Positions 48,514-62,480 of a DNA stretch of 64,000 nucleotides are shown here, piece by piece. Source of the stretch: Macrostomum lignano. Its lineage: Eukaryota. The notes under the pieces are model-generated. The model searched no databases. It saw only the letters and a list, made by a program, of their open reading frames with translations, and was not told the DNA's origin. The translations under genes were made by a program, and so were the position numbers. Each line of letters opens with the position of its first letter. The stretch's first letter is position 1. The stretch spans positions 1-64,000 of the forward strand of contig NIVC01002421.1 in assembly GCA_002269645.1 (NCBI GenBank). The letters are read 5' to 3'.

Positions 48514-49230
48514 TAGTGATGGATCAAAATTCGATTTTGATTTTGATATTCCAAATTTCGAAACTAATTTTGCATCGAAATAATTTCGACTTCAATTTCG
48601 AATTTTGACACCATTCATCAAAAGTCATTTTAAAATTTTGGTTATATTTTAACTTAGACATTGATGATCATGCTACATGAGTAAGAAAATCTATAGGAAG
48701 TGAAAGGAAGTGCAGTTCAAAGACTCAGTGGGGAGGTGAGAATCGCCTTTTCTACAAGAAAAGATTGTGCGGGGCACACACTGTTCCAGGCCTTGTGCTG
48801 CACCCACCTCAACCTCCACAAGCCCACGGGCTGAACTCATTGGCATGGATTTTAATTGGCTAAAGACTTAAAGCCTTAATGTAATGGATATAGGCTACTC
48901 ATATCTAGATCTTCAGCTTAAATAGTGGTGAAGTATAATACAACTTCTACTATATTTCTATGTATGAGTGTATAATACATAATACATCAGCATTTTCTAT
49001 TTTGTATTTTTAAAGTAAGTTAAATCTTAAGTATTCTGGTTTAAACATATCAAAGATACTTTTTATAAAACATGTAAGCTCATACATGCAGAGGCAAGGT
49101 GTTAACCTTTTTGCATGATTAGCGAAAAGAAGTAAAAATTTGTTAAGCTCAAAAATTTCAATTTCAATTTTGATTCTAAGGAACCGAAAATTTCGATTTC
49201 GATTTGAAAAATAATTTCGATCCATCACTA
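48514..49230. mobile_element. hAT-type MITE, 717 bp
   Basis: TAGTGATGGATC...GATCCATCACTA termini with a perfect 8-bp TSD TAAACTAT. Confidence 0.85.
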
Positions 49231-50720
49231 TAAACTATATCTAAAAATGTTATAAACAGTAATAAGAATATTTATAGAATATATAGAATAGTTTCTATAA
49301 AAAAATATTACATTATGACAAAGTTTCTATAAATATAAAAATAAAAATATTTTATATGAATATGTTTGTAATTAAGCAATTAAGGCATGAAAAAATAAAT
49401 ATAATATCAATAATTCAGAGAAAAACAAATACACTTAAGCTTTAAAAAACTAGCCTGGAAAAGTATACATGTAACTAGTGCAATTTTTCCTTTTAATAAT
49501 TATATACAGTGTATAGCTTTTTATTACCTAGTATAATTTGATGAATTTTTTTAGATTTTATATTATACATTTACAACTAAACTACTTAATCTTATAATCT
49601 ATTATCGCACTGTGTAAAGCATTGTTGAACTTTTAAATGTATTTAGAGATTCAAATTTTACATTTAAAAGTGAATTACGATAGTCATCTAAAAAATACAT
49701 TGCTCTTTTATTTTTCTACCAATTGCCACTAGATACTAGTCGGGATTGAAACGTTGAACCGAGCTCACTTTCTTAGAAAAGGGGTTGTTTGAAGTTATGA
49801 AATTAAATTATTTTAACAAAGCTAGTGTCTCGAGTGTGTATCTGAAATTCTTTAAGGCTAATGTAGATATTTTCTCATAAAATAATGCAATTGTCTGACG
49901 AACTGAGTAGACTTTAACCAATATTAATGTTTACTTTAGGAAAGCAAACCCATAGGTTTGTTACATTCGCAATAATTAATACCCTTTTTAGTCGAGCTTG
50001 ATTAATTGAATTTCATTTAATATCGTACGTAAGAAAATTTAACAAATAAATAAACTGCTGTAGCAACCTATCAAGACTAGCTTGCTTGCCATGGGATTGA
50101 GGGACCCTGCTTCAATTACTTAGTTTCAATTAGTTTTACCAAATTTGCGATACAATTGAGACCATCAGAATAAAAGTATCAAATTGTAGCTTACGCTAAT
50201 TTGAATAAAAACTATTGTATATAGCAACAGAAACAAGGCAACGTCTGCAAGTTCGCAATAACTCCAAAATGCTAGAAGGCTTTTCCACGGCAATTCCATG
50301 GGACTGCCTTTCGCTTTGAGGCGTGTACACGGGAAAGAGGTTTCAACGCGCATAGAAATTTTATGGACCAATTGCAATTAGTAGTGTACGCAGAGGAAAG
50401 GGGACCCGTGGAAGGACTTAATTTTCGTATCCGTATGTGTATATACAATTCAAGCTGTACGCTCATGAAAAATGTAATGCAACTTAAGCAAGCTACCATG
50501 ACCAATAGATATAAAGCAAGTTCTCCTGTTTTTTCCAAGCAAGCAAAAACAGCAGACAGAAACGAAAAGCGTATTTAGTACAGCTTGTTTTTATTTTGCT
50601 TTAGTTTCAACTCTGCACAGCCAGCCTGAGGTTTGGAGTTGTTGGGATTTTCCTCACTATACAATTGGCCTCGCTCTTGCGAGGCTCCCAACAAAAGCCA
50701 GCGAGTGAATAGCCAAAATC

Positions 50721-52210
50721 ATGGCAGACGAAGATCGCTTACCGGAGATCTCAGAGCAGCCGGCAGTGACTCCAGAGGCAGCCGCGTTTCAAAAGCTGTC
50801 CCCGGCTGTCCAGCGTCAAATTCTCAACGATTATCCGGGCCAGCTGGCCCGAGCGGCCCACAGCTACAGCCTCGGCGCTGATTGCGAAACCGTGCTGCGC
50901 ATCATGCTGGAGGGCGCCGCGCCAATGCTGCGAGTACGCAGCGTACAGGTGAGCAGCTCGGGCGCCAGGGTTCTGAGCGTTGGCAAATGTCTGGGCAAAC
51001 CCGGATGGGGTGGCTGTAGGGTAGCACCAAGGTGGTAGCAACAGGGGGTAGCACATAGGTGGTATAGCAACAGGGGGTAGCACATAGGTGGTAGCAAGAG
51101 GGGGTAGCACATGGGTGGTAGCAACAGGGGGTAGCACAGGGAAGCAACAAAGTAGCAACGGGCCGCTGCTATCAAAACTGCCGACTACCCCGCACACCGC
51201 AGGGAGACTCGCCCATCGCCAGTGCGCTACTCCGAGACCAGCCGGCCCGCGCCACCTGGCTGGCGGAACTCGCGACAGAAAAAAATCCCAAGGCGCTGAC
51301 AGACCGGGCCCGGTACGGCGAGACGCTCGTTATGCTGAGCACGGGCGCCCAGGCAGCCGGCCTGCTCGAGAAGTTGCTGGACCGCGACCCCACCCAGCTG
51401 CATCGGCTCTACGATGTCGATGGTAGGAACCTGCTGCACCACTGCTCGCTGGAGGACTCGGCCGCGGCGCTGGAGGCGGCATTGCGCTGTGCAGCCCGCC
51501 AGGTGCGGCAGGGCGAGCTGCAGGCGGCTCAGCTGGCTCAGGCGGTGCACATGAATGACCGGCGCGGCGACACCCCGCTGCACCTCATGGCCGGCCGCAA
51601 CCGAGTCGACATGCTGCGGCTGCTGCTCCGCTTCTGCGCCGAGACCGGCATCGACATCAACTTGAACACGCAGCGGCACGTCGGCGACCGCCGGACACCC
51701 CTGATGGTCGCCGCCGCCGCCGGCGCCACTGACTTCGCGCAGCTGCTGCTGGACGAAGGCGCCGACCTGGACGAAATCGACGCCGATGACTGCTCGGCCG
51801 TCCAGCTGGCCCGGCAGCCGGGGGTGGCGGCGCTGTTTGCCGGTCTGTCGGATCCCGGAGGTCCCGAGCTGGAGGCCACAGCCTGTGGCTCCGTGCAGTC
51901 AGCGCCGTCCTTGGTTGACAGCGGCGTCCAGTCCGCGCCGAGCCATGAGCAGCAGCAGCGGCGGGAGCACCCAGGCCAGTTGCTGGAGGAGCTGGAGGCC
52001 CGGTTGTCTTCCAGCGAGAAGTCGGACGCATTTCTGGAGGCAGTCAGCCGGCTGTCCAACGGCCAGTTCCCGCCTGAGGTCCTGCTGGCGACCGAGAAGC
52101 CCTTGACAACGGCCTTCAGCCTGTGGTCGCACAGCGGCCCGGTACCGCTGCGGCTGGTGCTGCGCGCGCTTAGAGAGGTCGGCGAGCCCACCGACTGGAT
52201 CAGGACTTGA
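50721..52210 (+). CDS. Ankyrin-repeat protein with possible C-terminal death-domain-like region (exons 50721-50948, 51203-52210)
   Basis: GRNLLHHC, GDTPLHLMA, RRTPLMVAA ankyrin motifs; phase-0 intron; C-terminal FSLW..LRLVLRALREVG pattern. Confidence 0.8.
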
Positions 52211-52625
52211 GCTGCTGAACTCAGCTGGCTGAAGAGATTAGCAAATGCTTATCTAAGGCCGACACGGCGTACTTGAACTGTATATTATTTGTATCATACG
52301 CGCTAGACCCCTGCTGGATTAGCGTACGAAATATTAGGGTAGAGAATTAGGGTACAGCAGTAGGGTAGCGCATTAGGGTACATGTTAAGCAGGGCCACAT
52401 TGACTTTGATTTGAACTTACCATCAAGCGGATCTTAAAAAATTCTAATAGCGTTGCTGCTTTTGCAGGATAGAATTTTCTTTGCCATTTAAAAGTAACCC
52501 TTCTCTGCTTCTGCCAAACAGCTCCCCAACCTTTAATAATTAAAAGATTAATAACTTACAAAAATTCTAGACCAATTACATATGTTTTTTTCAGTAGAGC
52601 CTTGGATTTTGACTTCATTTTTAAT

Positions 52626-54547
52626 AGATTAGCAATCCATTCTATTCCTGCATCCGTGATAGGCTAGATTAGCAATCCATTCTATTCCTGCATCCATGAT
52701 AGGCTACATTAGCAATCCATTCTATTCCTGCACCCATGATAGGCTAGATTAGCAATCCATTCTATTCCTGCACCCATGATAGGCTAGATTAGCAATCCAT
52801 TCTATTCCTGCATCCATGATAGGCTAGATTAGCAATCCATTCTATTCCTGCATCCATGATAGGCTAGATTAGCAATCCATTCTATTCCTGCACCCATGAT
52901 AGGCTAGATTAGCAATCCATTCTATTCCTGCACCCATGATAGGCTAGATTAGCAATCCATTCTATTCCTGCATCCATGATAGGCTAGATTAGCAATCCAT
53001 TCTATTCCTGCATCCATGATAGGCTAGATTAGCAATCCATTCTATTCCTGCAGCCATGATAGGCTAGATTAGCAATCCATTCTATTCCTGCACCCATGAT
53101 AGGCTGGATTAGCAATCCATTCTATTCCTGCACCCATGATAGGCTAGATTAGCAATCCATTCTATTCCTGCACCCATGATAGGCTAGATTAGCAATCCAT
53201 TCTATTCCTGCACCCATGATAGGCTAGATTAGCAATCCATTCTATTCCTGCACCCATGATAGGCTAGATTAGCAATCCATTCTATTCCTGAACCCATGAT
53301 AGGCTAGATTAGCAATCCATTCTATTCCTGCACCCATGATAGGCTAGATTAGCAATCCATTCTATTCCTGCATCCATGATAGGCTAGATTAGCAATCCAT
53401 TCTATTCCTGCACCCATGATAGGCTAGATTAGCAATCCATTCTATTCCTGCATCCATGATAGGCTAGATTAGCAATCCATTCTATTCCTGCACCTATGAT
53501 AGGCTAGATTAGCAATCCATTCTATTCCTGCACCTATGATAGGCTAGATTAGCAATCCATTCTATTCCTGCACCTATGATAGGCTAGATTAGCAATCCAT
53601 TCTATTCCTGCACCTATGATAGGCTAGATTAGCAATCCATTCTATTCCTGCATCCATGATAGGCTAGATTAGCAATCCATTCTATTCCTGCATCCATGAT
53701 AGGCTAGATTAGCAATCCATTCTATTCCTGCAGCCATGATAGGCTAGATTAGCAATCCATTTTATTCCTGCACCCATGATAGGCTAGATTAGCAATCCAT
53801 TCTATTCCTGCATCCATGATAGGCTAGATTAGCAATCCATTCTATTCCTGCATCCATGATAGGCTAGATTAGCAATCCATTCTATTCCTGCACCTATGAT
53901 AGGCTAGATTAGCAATCCATTCTATTCCTGCACCCATGATAGGCTAGATTAGCAATCCATTCTATTCCTGCACCCATGATAGGCTAGATTAGCAATCCAT
54001 TCTATTCCTGCATCCATGATAGGCTAGATTAGCAATCCATTCTATTCCTGCAGCCATGAAAGGCTAGATTAGCAATCCATTCTATTCCTGCATCTATGAT
54101 AGGCTAGATTAGCAATCCATTCTATTCCTGCATCCATGATAGGCTAGATTAGCAATCCATTCTATTCCTGCACCCATGATAGGCTAGATTAGCAATCCAT
54201 TCTATTCCTGCACCCATGATAGGCTAGATTAGCAATCCATTCTATTCCTGCACCCATGATAGGCTAGATTAGCAATCCATTCTATTCCTGCATCCATGAT
54301 AGGCTAGATTAGCAATCCATTCTATTCCTGCACCTATGATAGGCTAGATTAGCAATCCATTCTATTCCTGCACCCATGATAGGCTAGATTAGCAATCCAT
54401 TCTATTCCTGCACCTATGATAGGCTAGATTAGCAATCCATTCTATTCCTGCATCCATGATAGGCTAGATTAGTAATCCATTCTATTCCTGCATCCATGAT
54501 AGGCTAGATTAGCAATCCATTCTACTCCTGCATCTATGATAGGCTAG
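52626..54547. repeat. 40-bp satellite, ~48 copies
   Basis: AGATTAGCAATCCATTCTATTCCTGCA(T/C/G)C(C/T)ATGATAGGCT. Confidence 0.97.
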
Positions 54548-54549
54548 AC

Positions 54550-55037
54550 AATACAATATGCGGGCCTTTAAGAAGCGGTCGCTTATCCCGCACTCTGACC
54601 TCTGCCTCAAGACTCTCGAGGATTGTGGCGGGCTGAACATCCTCACGGATTCGATCCCAGCCACCCTTTTCCTGAGCAGGCAATCCCGTGCTGCCGTCCC
54701 CTGTCCGTCCCCCTCCTGCGCGGAGCCCTCCTCAGGCTTAACCGCAGAGACCCCAGAGCAGTCAGCATGGCCCTCTCCGGGCATGGCTGCTTCTCTCGCC
54801 ACCGTTTCCTTCAGGGCTAGGTACCCGAGGAGCGGTGCCCCTTCTGCCGCTCAGGTAGTGAAAACGCCGATCACTTTATCTGCCACTGCCCGGTCTTCAC
54901 CGGGGCCAGACTCACTCGCCTCGGGCCAAACCCGGTTCTCTCCGACGTTTGCAGGCCCGAGAGCATCCCGCTGCTTGCCCAGCACCTCAGGGACCGGGAC
55001 GAGCTGAGTTGTTCTTCTCTACGCCCCCCCCCCCTAG
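54550..55037 (+). mobile_element. 3' fragment of a non-LTR retrotransposon ORF2 (CCHC zinc knuckle)
   Basis: LLRLNRRDPRAVSMALSGHGCFSRH then RCPFCRSGSENADHFICHCPVF; internal stop. Confidence 0.7.
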
Positions 55038-55405
55038 AGACGTCCCTTCTATGAAGTCATTGGTCGCCAGGGGCTAGCGGAATGGGCGGTCTCCGCCGCC
55101 TCCTTGCTGCAAAGTTAAAGTCAAGAGGAATATTATACCTGTATACACATCCTTAAGCCGGCAGCTTCCCAGTGTCTTCACAAGATACCAAATCTGCCAT
55201 TTGCCGAACTGTCTATGACCAGAACGCAAAAATGAAGAAGTTTGAGGCGAACCGCATGCAAAATTATATACTTGCTTAGCAGCTGGTGAATATACAGATT
55301 ATAGATTAAACCTGAGTAGTCAACACAGTCGGTTGCGGCATCTGCCAATTCGGGTTGCGGATTCCGCGAGTTCGAGTCGCCAGCTGCGACTCCCCATCAG
55401 TTATA

Positions 55406-58400
55406 ATGGAATCCCCGCGCTGTCCAATGGCCCGGCGCGTCCCGGCGCCCGACGGCGGCTGGAGCTGGCTGGTGCTGGCCGGCGCCTTCTCGGTGTACTT
55501 CGTCTGCGAAGGCATCGAGAACTCGTTCGGCCTGGTGTCGGCGGAGATCATCCAGCAGCTGGGTGCCAGCAGGCAGAGCATCGGCTGGATCGTGTCGCTG
55601 AAGTGCGCCTGCATGTTCTTCGTGTGTGAGCGACCGGGCTGCTGATGAACATGCGCGATTCCCTGTGACTCATCTTGCACTACCCTCATCTTCTTATTAT
55701 ATGCACCACAACCGCACGTCACTCGCACCGCAATGGCACATCACTCGCACCTCAATCGCACATCACTCGCACCCCAATGGCACATCACTCGCACCCCAAT
55801 CGCACATCACTCATACCCCAATCGCACATCACTCGCCACCCCAATCGCACATCACTCGCACCCCAACTGTACACCACTCGCACTCCAATCGCACATCACT
55901 CGCACTCCAGGCCCGCTCTCCGCCTTGGTCTGCCGACTCGTAGACGTTCGGCTCGTTGGCGCAGCTGCCGGCTGTCTGACCTTTTTGGGCTTCTTCGCCG
56001 CCTCCTTCGCCAGCCAGACCTGGCACCTGTTCCTCACGGTTGGCATGGTAACCGGTCAGTTTAGACGCTTTTATATTAGTGACAGTTGTCTGCCGCAGAA
56101 AAACATTAGATCGATATTTCGTATTTTGACACTCAGGTCCCGGCGTTGGCACCTGCTTCCTCATCTGCATGGTCACAATTTGCACGTACTTTGACCGGCT
56201 GCGGGCCACAGCAAGCGGCATCGCCCTGTGCGGCTCGGGACTCGGTGAGCTGCTGGATTGGTGGAATGAATTTCCATTGCAAATACTCGTAATTGCGCTC
56301 CAAGTGGCTTTAATTATATGGTTTGTATGCGTGTGGTTGCTATGGGTGAGGTTGCCATGGGTGTGGTTGCCATGGGTGTGGTTGCTATGGGTGTGGTTGC
56401 TATGAGTGTGGTTGCTATGGGTGTGGTTGCTATGGGTGTGGTTGCTATGGGTGTGGTTGCTATGGGTGTGGTTGCTAAGGCTGTGGTTCCTATGGGTGTG
56501 GTTGCTATGCGTACGGTTGCTATGTGTGTGGTTGCTATGGGTGTTGTTTATGCGTGTGGTTGTTATCATTGTGGTTGCTATGCGTGTGGTTGCTATGGGT
56601 GTGGTTGCTATGCGTATGGTTGCTTGCGTGTTGCTGCTATGGCTTTGGTTGCTATGGCTGTGGTTGCTATGGCTGTGGTTGCTATGGGTGTGGTTGCTAT
56701 GGGTGTGGTTGCTATGGGTGTGGTTGCTATGGGTGTGGTTGTTATGCATGTGTTTGCTATGCATGTGGTTGCTATGCCTGTGGCTGCTATGCCTGTGGCT
56801 GCTACATGCATGTTGTTACTACATGCATGTGGTTGTTGTGTTTGGTTGCTGAGCTCATGCTTACTATAACACACTGATGCCATAAAATACGAGTAGACTG
56901 GAGTCATTCATGATCGCAAAACTCCGTCTAGCGAAATTTTATTAATAATTACGGGACATTTGTTAAATGAAAAAGCTAAGAAGGTCAAAGCTACATGTAG
57001 TATAACCAAAGCCATAAAACCCATATAGCAACCAAAAACAGTTCAAACTTGTCAATCAACGCAGGCGGTCTCGCTCTGAGCCCCCTAGTGGCGCACCTGA
57101 TTAACAGGTACGGGTGGCAGGGCACCCTGCTGTTGTCAAGCGCCATCTACCTGCACACGGTGCCCTGCTGCCTGCTCATGCGGCCCCTGCAGCCGCAGCC
57201 GGAGCAGCAGGCTGACCAGTCGCCGGAGCAGCCGAAGACTTCGACCAGCGAGAGCCGCGTGCTCAACGGGGACTCGCCAATTTCCAGGCATAACCCGGCC
57301 GAAGCAGCCGACGCTGCGGTGACTGCAGCGGCCACGAACGGCGCCAATCCAGGCAGCGTCTCATCCGCTGGCTGGCTGGCCGACTCGCTGCTCGGCCCCT
57401 TGCCCTGCCTGCCCGCGCTGCCCTTCCCCACCTGCCTGCCGCCCAGCGCCGAGCACAACGTCGGAGCCGCGGCAGCAGCGGCCGCCACCACCGTCTGTCG
57501 GCAACTTCGCCGATGCCGAAACCCCGCCTTGCTGGCCTTCCACGCGTCCCGATTCCTGCTGGCCTCGGCGGCGCCAGCCTTCTTCGCCTACACGGCCGAC
57601 CGCTGCCTTCACCTCGGCTTCGGCCAGGGCCGCGCCGCCGCCCTGCTGGCCGTCCTGTCCGCCTGCAGCATGGCCGGCCGGCTCGGCTTCGGCTGCCTCG
57701 GCGACCGCGGCCTGGCATCGCCGCTGGCCATCTACGGGCTGGCGCTGCTGGCCGGCGGCTGCCTGGTCGGTGCCAGCCTGGCAGCGAAGGGCTTCGCAGC
57801 TCTGGCAGCCTGCTTGGGCGCCGCCTGGTGCTTTGTTGGTGAGCGGTGTAGGTCTGGGTGCCTAGTTTTGGATTTTTAACAGACTACTTCATGCATATGT
57901 AGTGAGTAGTATGCCAAGCATAAGCTAGTAATAAATTTTAGCCCGCATTTAACAGGCGGAGCGGTCTCCTTGACAACGCTGATTACAGTTTATCTGGATG
58001 GAACAAGACGCTTGTTTTATGTATTTGCTCGCCAATCAATTTTCCAAGGGTTCGGCGTTCTGCTTGGTCCACCTTTGGCCGGTGAGTGTCATATATACGC
58101 GCCGATCGCTGATTGGTCCACTGTGAGTGCACAGTGACTTCTGATGGGTCTACTTTGAGTGCACACTTATGTCTGATTGGTCCACAATGAGCTGTGCACA
58201 CTGATTTCTGATTGGTCCACAATGAGTGTACAGTGACTTCTGATGGGTCTACTTTGAGTGCACACTGATGTCTGATTGGTCCACCAATGAGTACACAGTG
58301 ACTTGATGGGTCTACTTTGAGTGCACACTGATGTCTGATTGGTCCACCAATGAGTACACAGTGACTTGATGGGTCTACTTTGAGTGCACACTGATTTCTG

Positions 58401-60431
58401 ATTGGTCCACAATGAGTGCACACTGATTTCTGATTGGTCCACAATGAGATAGTGCGACTGATTTCTGATTGGTCCACAATGAGTGCACACTGATTTCTGA
58501 TTGGTTCACAATGAGTGCACACTGATTTCTGATTGGTCCCCTATTGAGTGCACACTGATGTCTGATTGGTCCACAATGAGTGCACACTGATGTCTGATTG
58601 GTCCACAATGAGTGCACACTGATGTCTGATTGGTCCACAATGAGTGCTCACTGATTTCTGATTGGTCCACTGGGTGTGCACTGATTTCTGATTGGTCCAC
58701 AGTGAGTGCACACTGATTTCTGATTGGTTCACAATGATTGCACACTGATTTCTGATTGGTCCACAATGATTGCACACTGATTTCTGATTGGTCCACAATG
58801 AGTGCACACTGGTTTCTGATTGGTTCACAAAGAGTGCACACTGATTTCTGATTGGTTCACAATGATTGCACACTGGTTTCTGATTGGTCCACAATGAGTG
58901 CACACTGATTTCTGATTGGTCCACAATGAGTGCACACTGGTTTCTGATTGGTTCACAATGATTGCACACTGGTTTCTGATTGGTTCACAATGATTGCACA
59001 CTGGTTTCTGATTGGTTCACAATGATTGCACACTGATTTCTGATTGGTTCACAATGAGTGCACACTGATTTCTGATTGGTCCACAATGAGTGCACACTGA
59101 TTTCTGATTGGTCCACAATGAGTGCGGACAGATTTCTGATTGGTTTACAATGAGTGCGACTGATTTCTGATTGGTCCACAATGAGTGCACACTGATTTCT
59201 GATTGGTCCACAATGAGATAGTGCGACTGATTTCTGATTGGTCCACAATGAGATAGTGCGACTGATTTCTGATTGGTCCACAATGAGTGCACACTGATTT
59301 CTGATTGGTCCACAATGAGATAGTGCGACTGATTTCTGATTGGTCCACAATGAGTGCACACTGATTTCTGATTGGTTCACAATGAGTGCACACTGATTTC
59401 TGATTGGTCCCCTATTGAGTGCACACTGATGTCTGATTGGTCCACAATGAGTGCACACTGATGTCTGATTGGTCCACAATGAGTGCACACTGATTTCTGA
59501 TTGGTCCACAATGAGTGCACACTGATTTCTGATTGGTTCACAATGAGTGCACACTGATTTCTGATTGGTCCACAATGAGTGCACACTGATTTCTGATTGG
59601 TTCACAATGAGTGCGACTGATTTCTGATTGGTCCACAATGAGTGCACACTGATTTCTGATTGGTTCACAATGAGTGCGACTGATTTCTGATTGGTCCACA
59701 ATGAGTGCACACTGATTTCTGATTGGTTCACAATGAGTGCACACTGATTTCTGATTGGTCCCCTATTGAGTGCACACTGATTTCTGATTGGTCCACAAAG
59801 AGTGCACACTGATTTCTGATTGGTCCACTGGGTGTGCACTGATTTCTGATTGGTTCACAATGATTGCACACTGATTTCTGATTGGTCCACAATGAGTGCA
59901 CACTGATTTCTGATTGGTCCACAATGAGTGCACACTGGTTTCTGATTGGTCCACAAAGAGTGCACACTGATTTCTGATTGGTCCACAATGATTGCACACT
60001 GATTTCTGATTGGTCCACAATGAGTGCACACTGGTTTCTGATTGGTCCACAAAGAGTGCACACTGATTTCTGATTGGTCCACAATGAGTGCACACTGATT
60101 TCTGATTGGTCCACAATGAGTGCACACTGATTTCTGATTGGTCCACAATGAGTGCGGACAGATTTCTGATTGGTCCACAAAGAGTGCACACTGGTTTCTG
60201 ATTGGTCCACAAAGAGTGCACACTGATTTCTGATTGGTCCACAATGGGTGCGGACTTTTGTGCAAAACTTGACTAGAACGGGGAATTGTCATCCCCCCAA
60301 CTGCAGGCGCAGTGTTCGACAAGACAGGCAGTTACAACGCCACCTTCATGCTGATCGGAGCTTCGCTGGCCACCTCCGGGCTGCTGGTGCTGGGGATTTA
60401 CCTGCTGCTGCCAGCACGGACAGTTGGCTAA
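55406..60431 (+). CDS. SLC16/monocarboxylate transporter family MFS protein, 498 aa (exons 55406-55625, 55911-56054, 56137-56244, 57065-57838, 57956-58081, 60307-60431)
   Basis: PDGGWSW, YFDRLRATASGIALCGSGLG and GPPLAG family motifs; all junctions GT-AG and in phase. Confidence 0.9.
55700..55905. repeat. ~23-bp intronic repeat (CCCCAATCGCACATCACTCGCA)
   Basis: Direct inspection. Confidence 0.85.
56320..56800. repeat. 15-bp intronic repeat (GTTGCTATGGGTGTG)
   Basis: Direct inspection. Confidence 0.9.
58110..60245. repeat. 32-bp intronic satellite (CTGATTTCTGATTGGTCCACAATGAGTGCACA)
   Basis: Fills almost all of the last MCT intron. Confidence 0.95.
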
Positions 60432-60899
60432 GGCTTAGTTGCGCCTTAATTACAGCTGACTAGAACTGTTTACCAGCTGCGCTCAAATATATTTCTAGCT
60501 GTTTGGTTGCAGTACAAAGTTTCCATTTTGCCCCAGAGCATTCGTTTTGCCTGCTTGCTTGTTTCGAGACTGGGAATTTGGAGAAAAATAGTTTCAATCG
60601 CATCAGCATCACTATTTGGCTCTTTAAGCACCGGGCCATTCCAAATCCAAATCATAGGACAATTATATCTGAAATCATAGGGCGGCTGGTTATATCTAAA
60701 AACCGCCCTCTACCTCTCACTCGCTACTCTGGTAATAGAGAAGGGACTCATAAGAGCTGCTAGAAGCCGGCTTCAGAAGCAGATTTTCAGTCAGTTTTCA
60801 TGTCGAACAGACGAACAAAGAATTGAAAGTCAAAAAGGCAAACCAATTTTGCTGCAGTTTTAGCTGGCTAATGGTGCTTGCCAAATTAAAAGCTGGACG

Positions 60900-61430
60900 C
60901 GGACACAAAGACACAGACACACGGACACAAAGACGACGCATGGACACAAAGACACACAAACAAAGACGCGCGGACACAAAAAACACTGACAAAGACACAC
61001 GGACACAAAGACACACGGACACAAAGACACACAAAGACACACGGACACAAAGACGACGCATGGACACAAAGACTCACGGACACAAATACGCATAGACAAA
61101 GACACACGGACACAAAAAAGACGCATAGACAAAGACACACGGACACAAAGACACACAGACAAAGACACACGGACACAAAAAAGACGCATAGACAAAGACA
61201 CACGGACACAAAAAAGACGCATAGACAAAGACACACGGACACAAAGACACACAGACAAAGACACACGGACACAAAGACGCACAGACAAAGAAACACGGAC
61301 ACAAAGACGCACAGACAAAGACACACGGACACAAAGACGCACAGAGAAAGACACACGGACACAAAGACGCACAGACAAAGAAACACGGACACAAAGACAC
61401 TGACACAAAGACGTGCGGACACAAAGACGT
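60900..61430. repeat. GACACACGGACACAAA-type low-complexity repeat
   Basis: Direct inspection. Confidence 0.9.
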
Positions 61431-61904
61431 TCAATTAGAGAGGGGCAAACTGAACGCTAAATCAGGAGAGTCTGGCTTGTTCCTGGCTAGTCTGGGTGAC
61501 AGATGGAGAGTTTATTGGTTGGAGGTGAAACTCTGTTTAAATGCAGACGCGGAACGCGTGACACACATTCGTAAAATAGATTTTTAACCGCCTGCTAATG
61601 CAATAAATTTGATACATAATAAACAGAGACGCGCAAGATTAGCTGGTAATTTAGCGTTAATATTATGGCTAAATGGCAGACACATTTATAAATCAATTGC
61701 GAAAGTCAGAACAAAAATTAAAGTATAGCTTTATATACGCTTATATTATATTATAGATATACTACTGACGTTAGCGGAAAAGGTTGAATAGATTGATAAA
61801 TTAAGTAGCGAAAATCAATTAAATAAATAATAAATAATTGTATGCGAATTCGAGACAGCAGCTTAAAACGTCAACACTTAATAATTCCATAAAATACTTC
61901 AACC

Positions 61905-62480
61905 AGGGCGATTCTGGGGTTGATTCTCGGGGCGATTCTCAAGGATATTATCAGGGCGATTCTCAGGGCGATTCTCGGGGCGATTCTCAGGGCAATTCTC
62001 AAGGATATTATCAGGGCGATTCTCAGGGCGATTCTCAGGGCAATTCTCAAGGATATTATTAGGGCGATTCTCAGGGCGATTCTCGAGGCGATTCTCAGGG
62101 CAATTCTCAAGGATATTATTAGGGCGATTCTCAGGGCGATTCTCGGGGTGATTCTCGGGGCGATTCTCGGGGTGATTCTCAAGGATATTATCAGGGCGAT
62201 TCTCAGGGCGATTCTCGGGGCGATTATCAGGGCGATTCTCGGGGCGATTCTCGGGGTGATTCTCAAGGATATTATCAGGGCGATTCTCAGGGCAATTCTC
62301 GGGGCGATTCTCAGGGCGATTCTCGGGTGATTCTCGGGGCGATTCTCAAGGCGATTCTCAAGGATATTATTAGGGCGATTCTCAGGGCGATTCTCGGGGC
62401 GATTCTCAGGGCAACTCTCAAGGATATTATTAGGGCGATTCTCGGGGTGATTCTCGGGGCGATTCTCTGGGCGATTCTCA
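61905..62480. repeat. 12-bp repeat (CAGGGCGATTCT with CAAGGATATTAT variants)
   Basis: Direct inspection. Confidence 0.9.
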
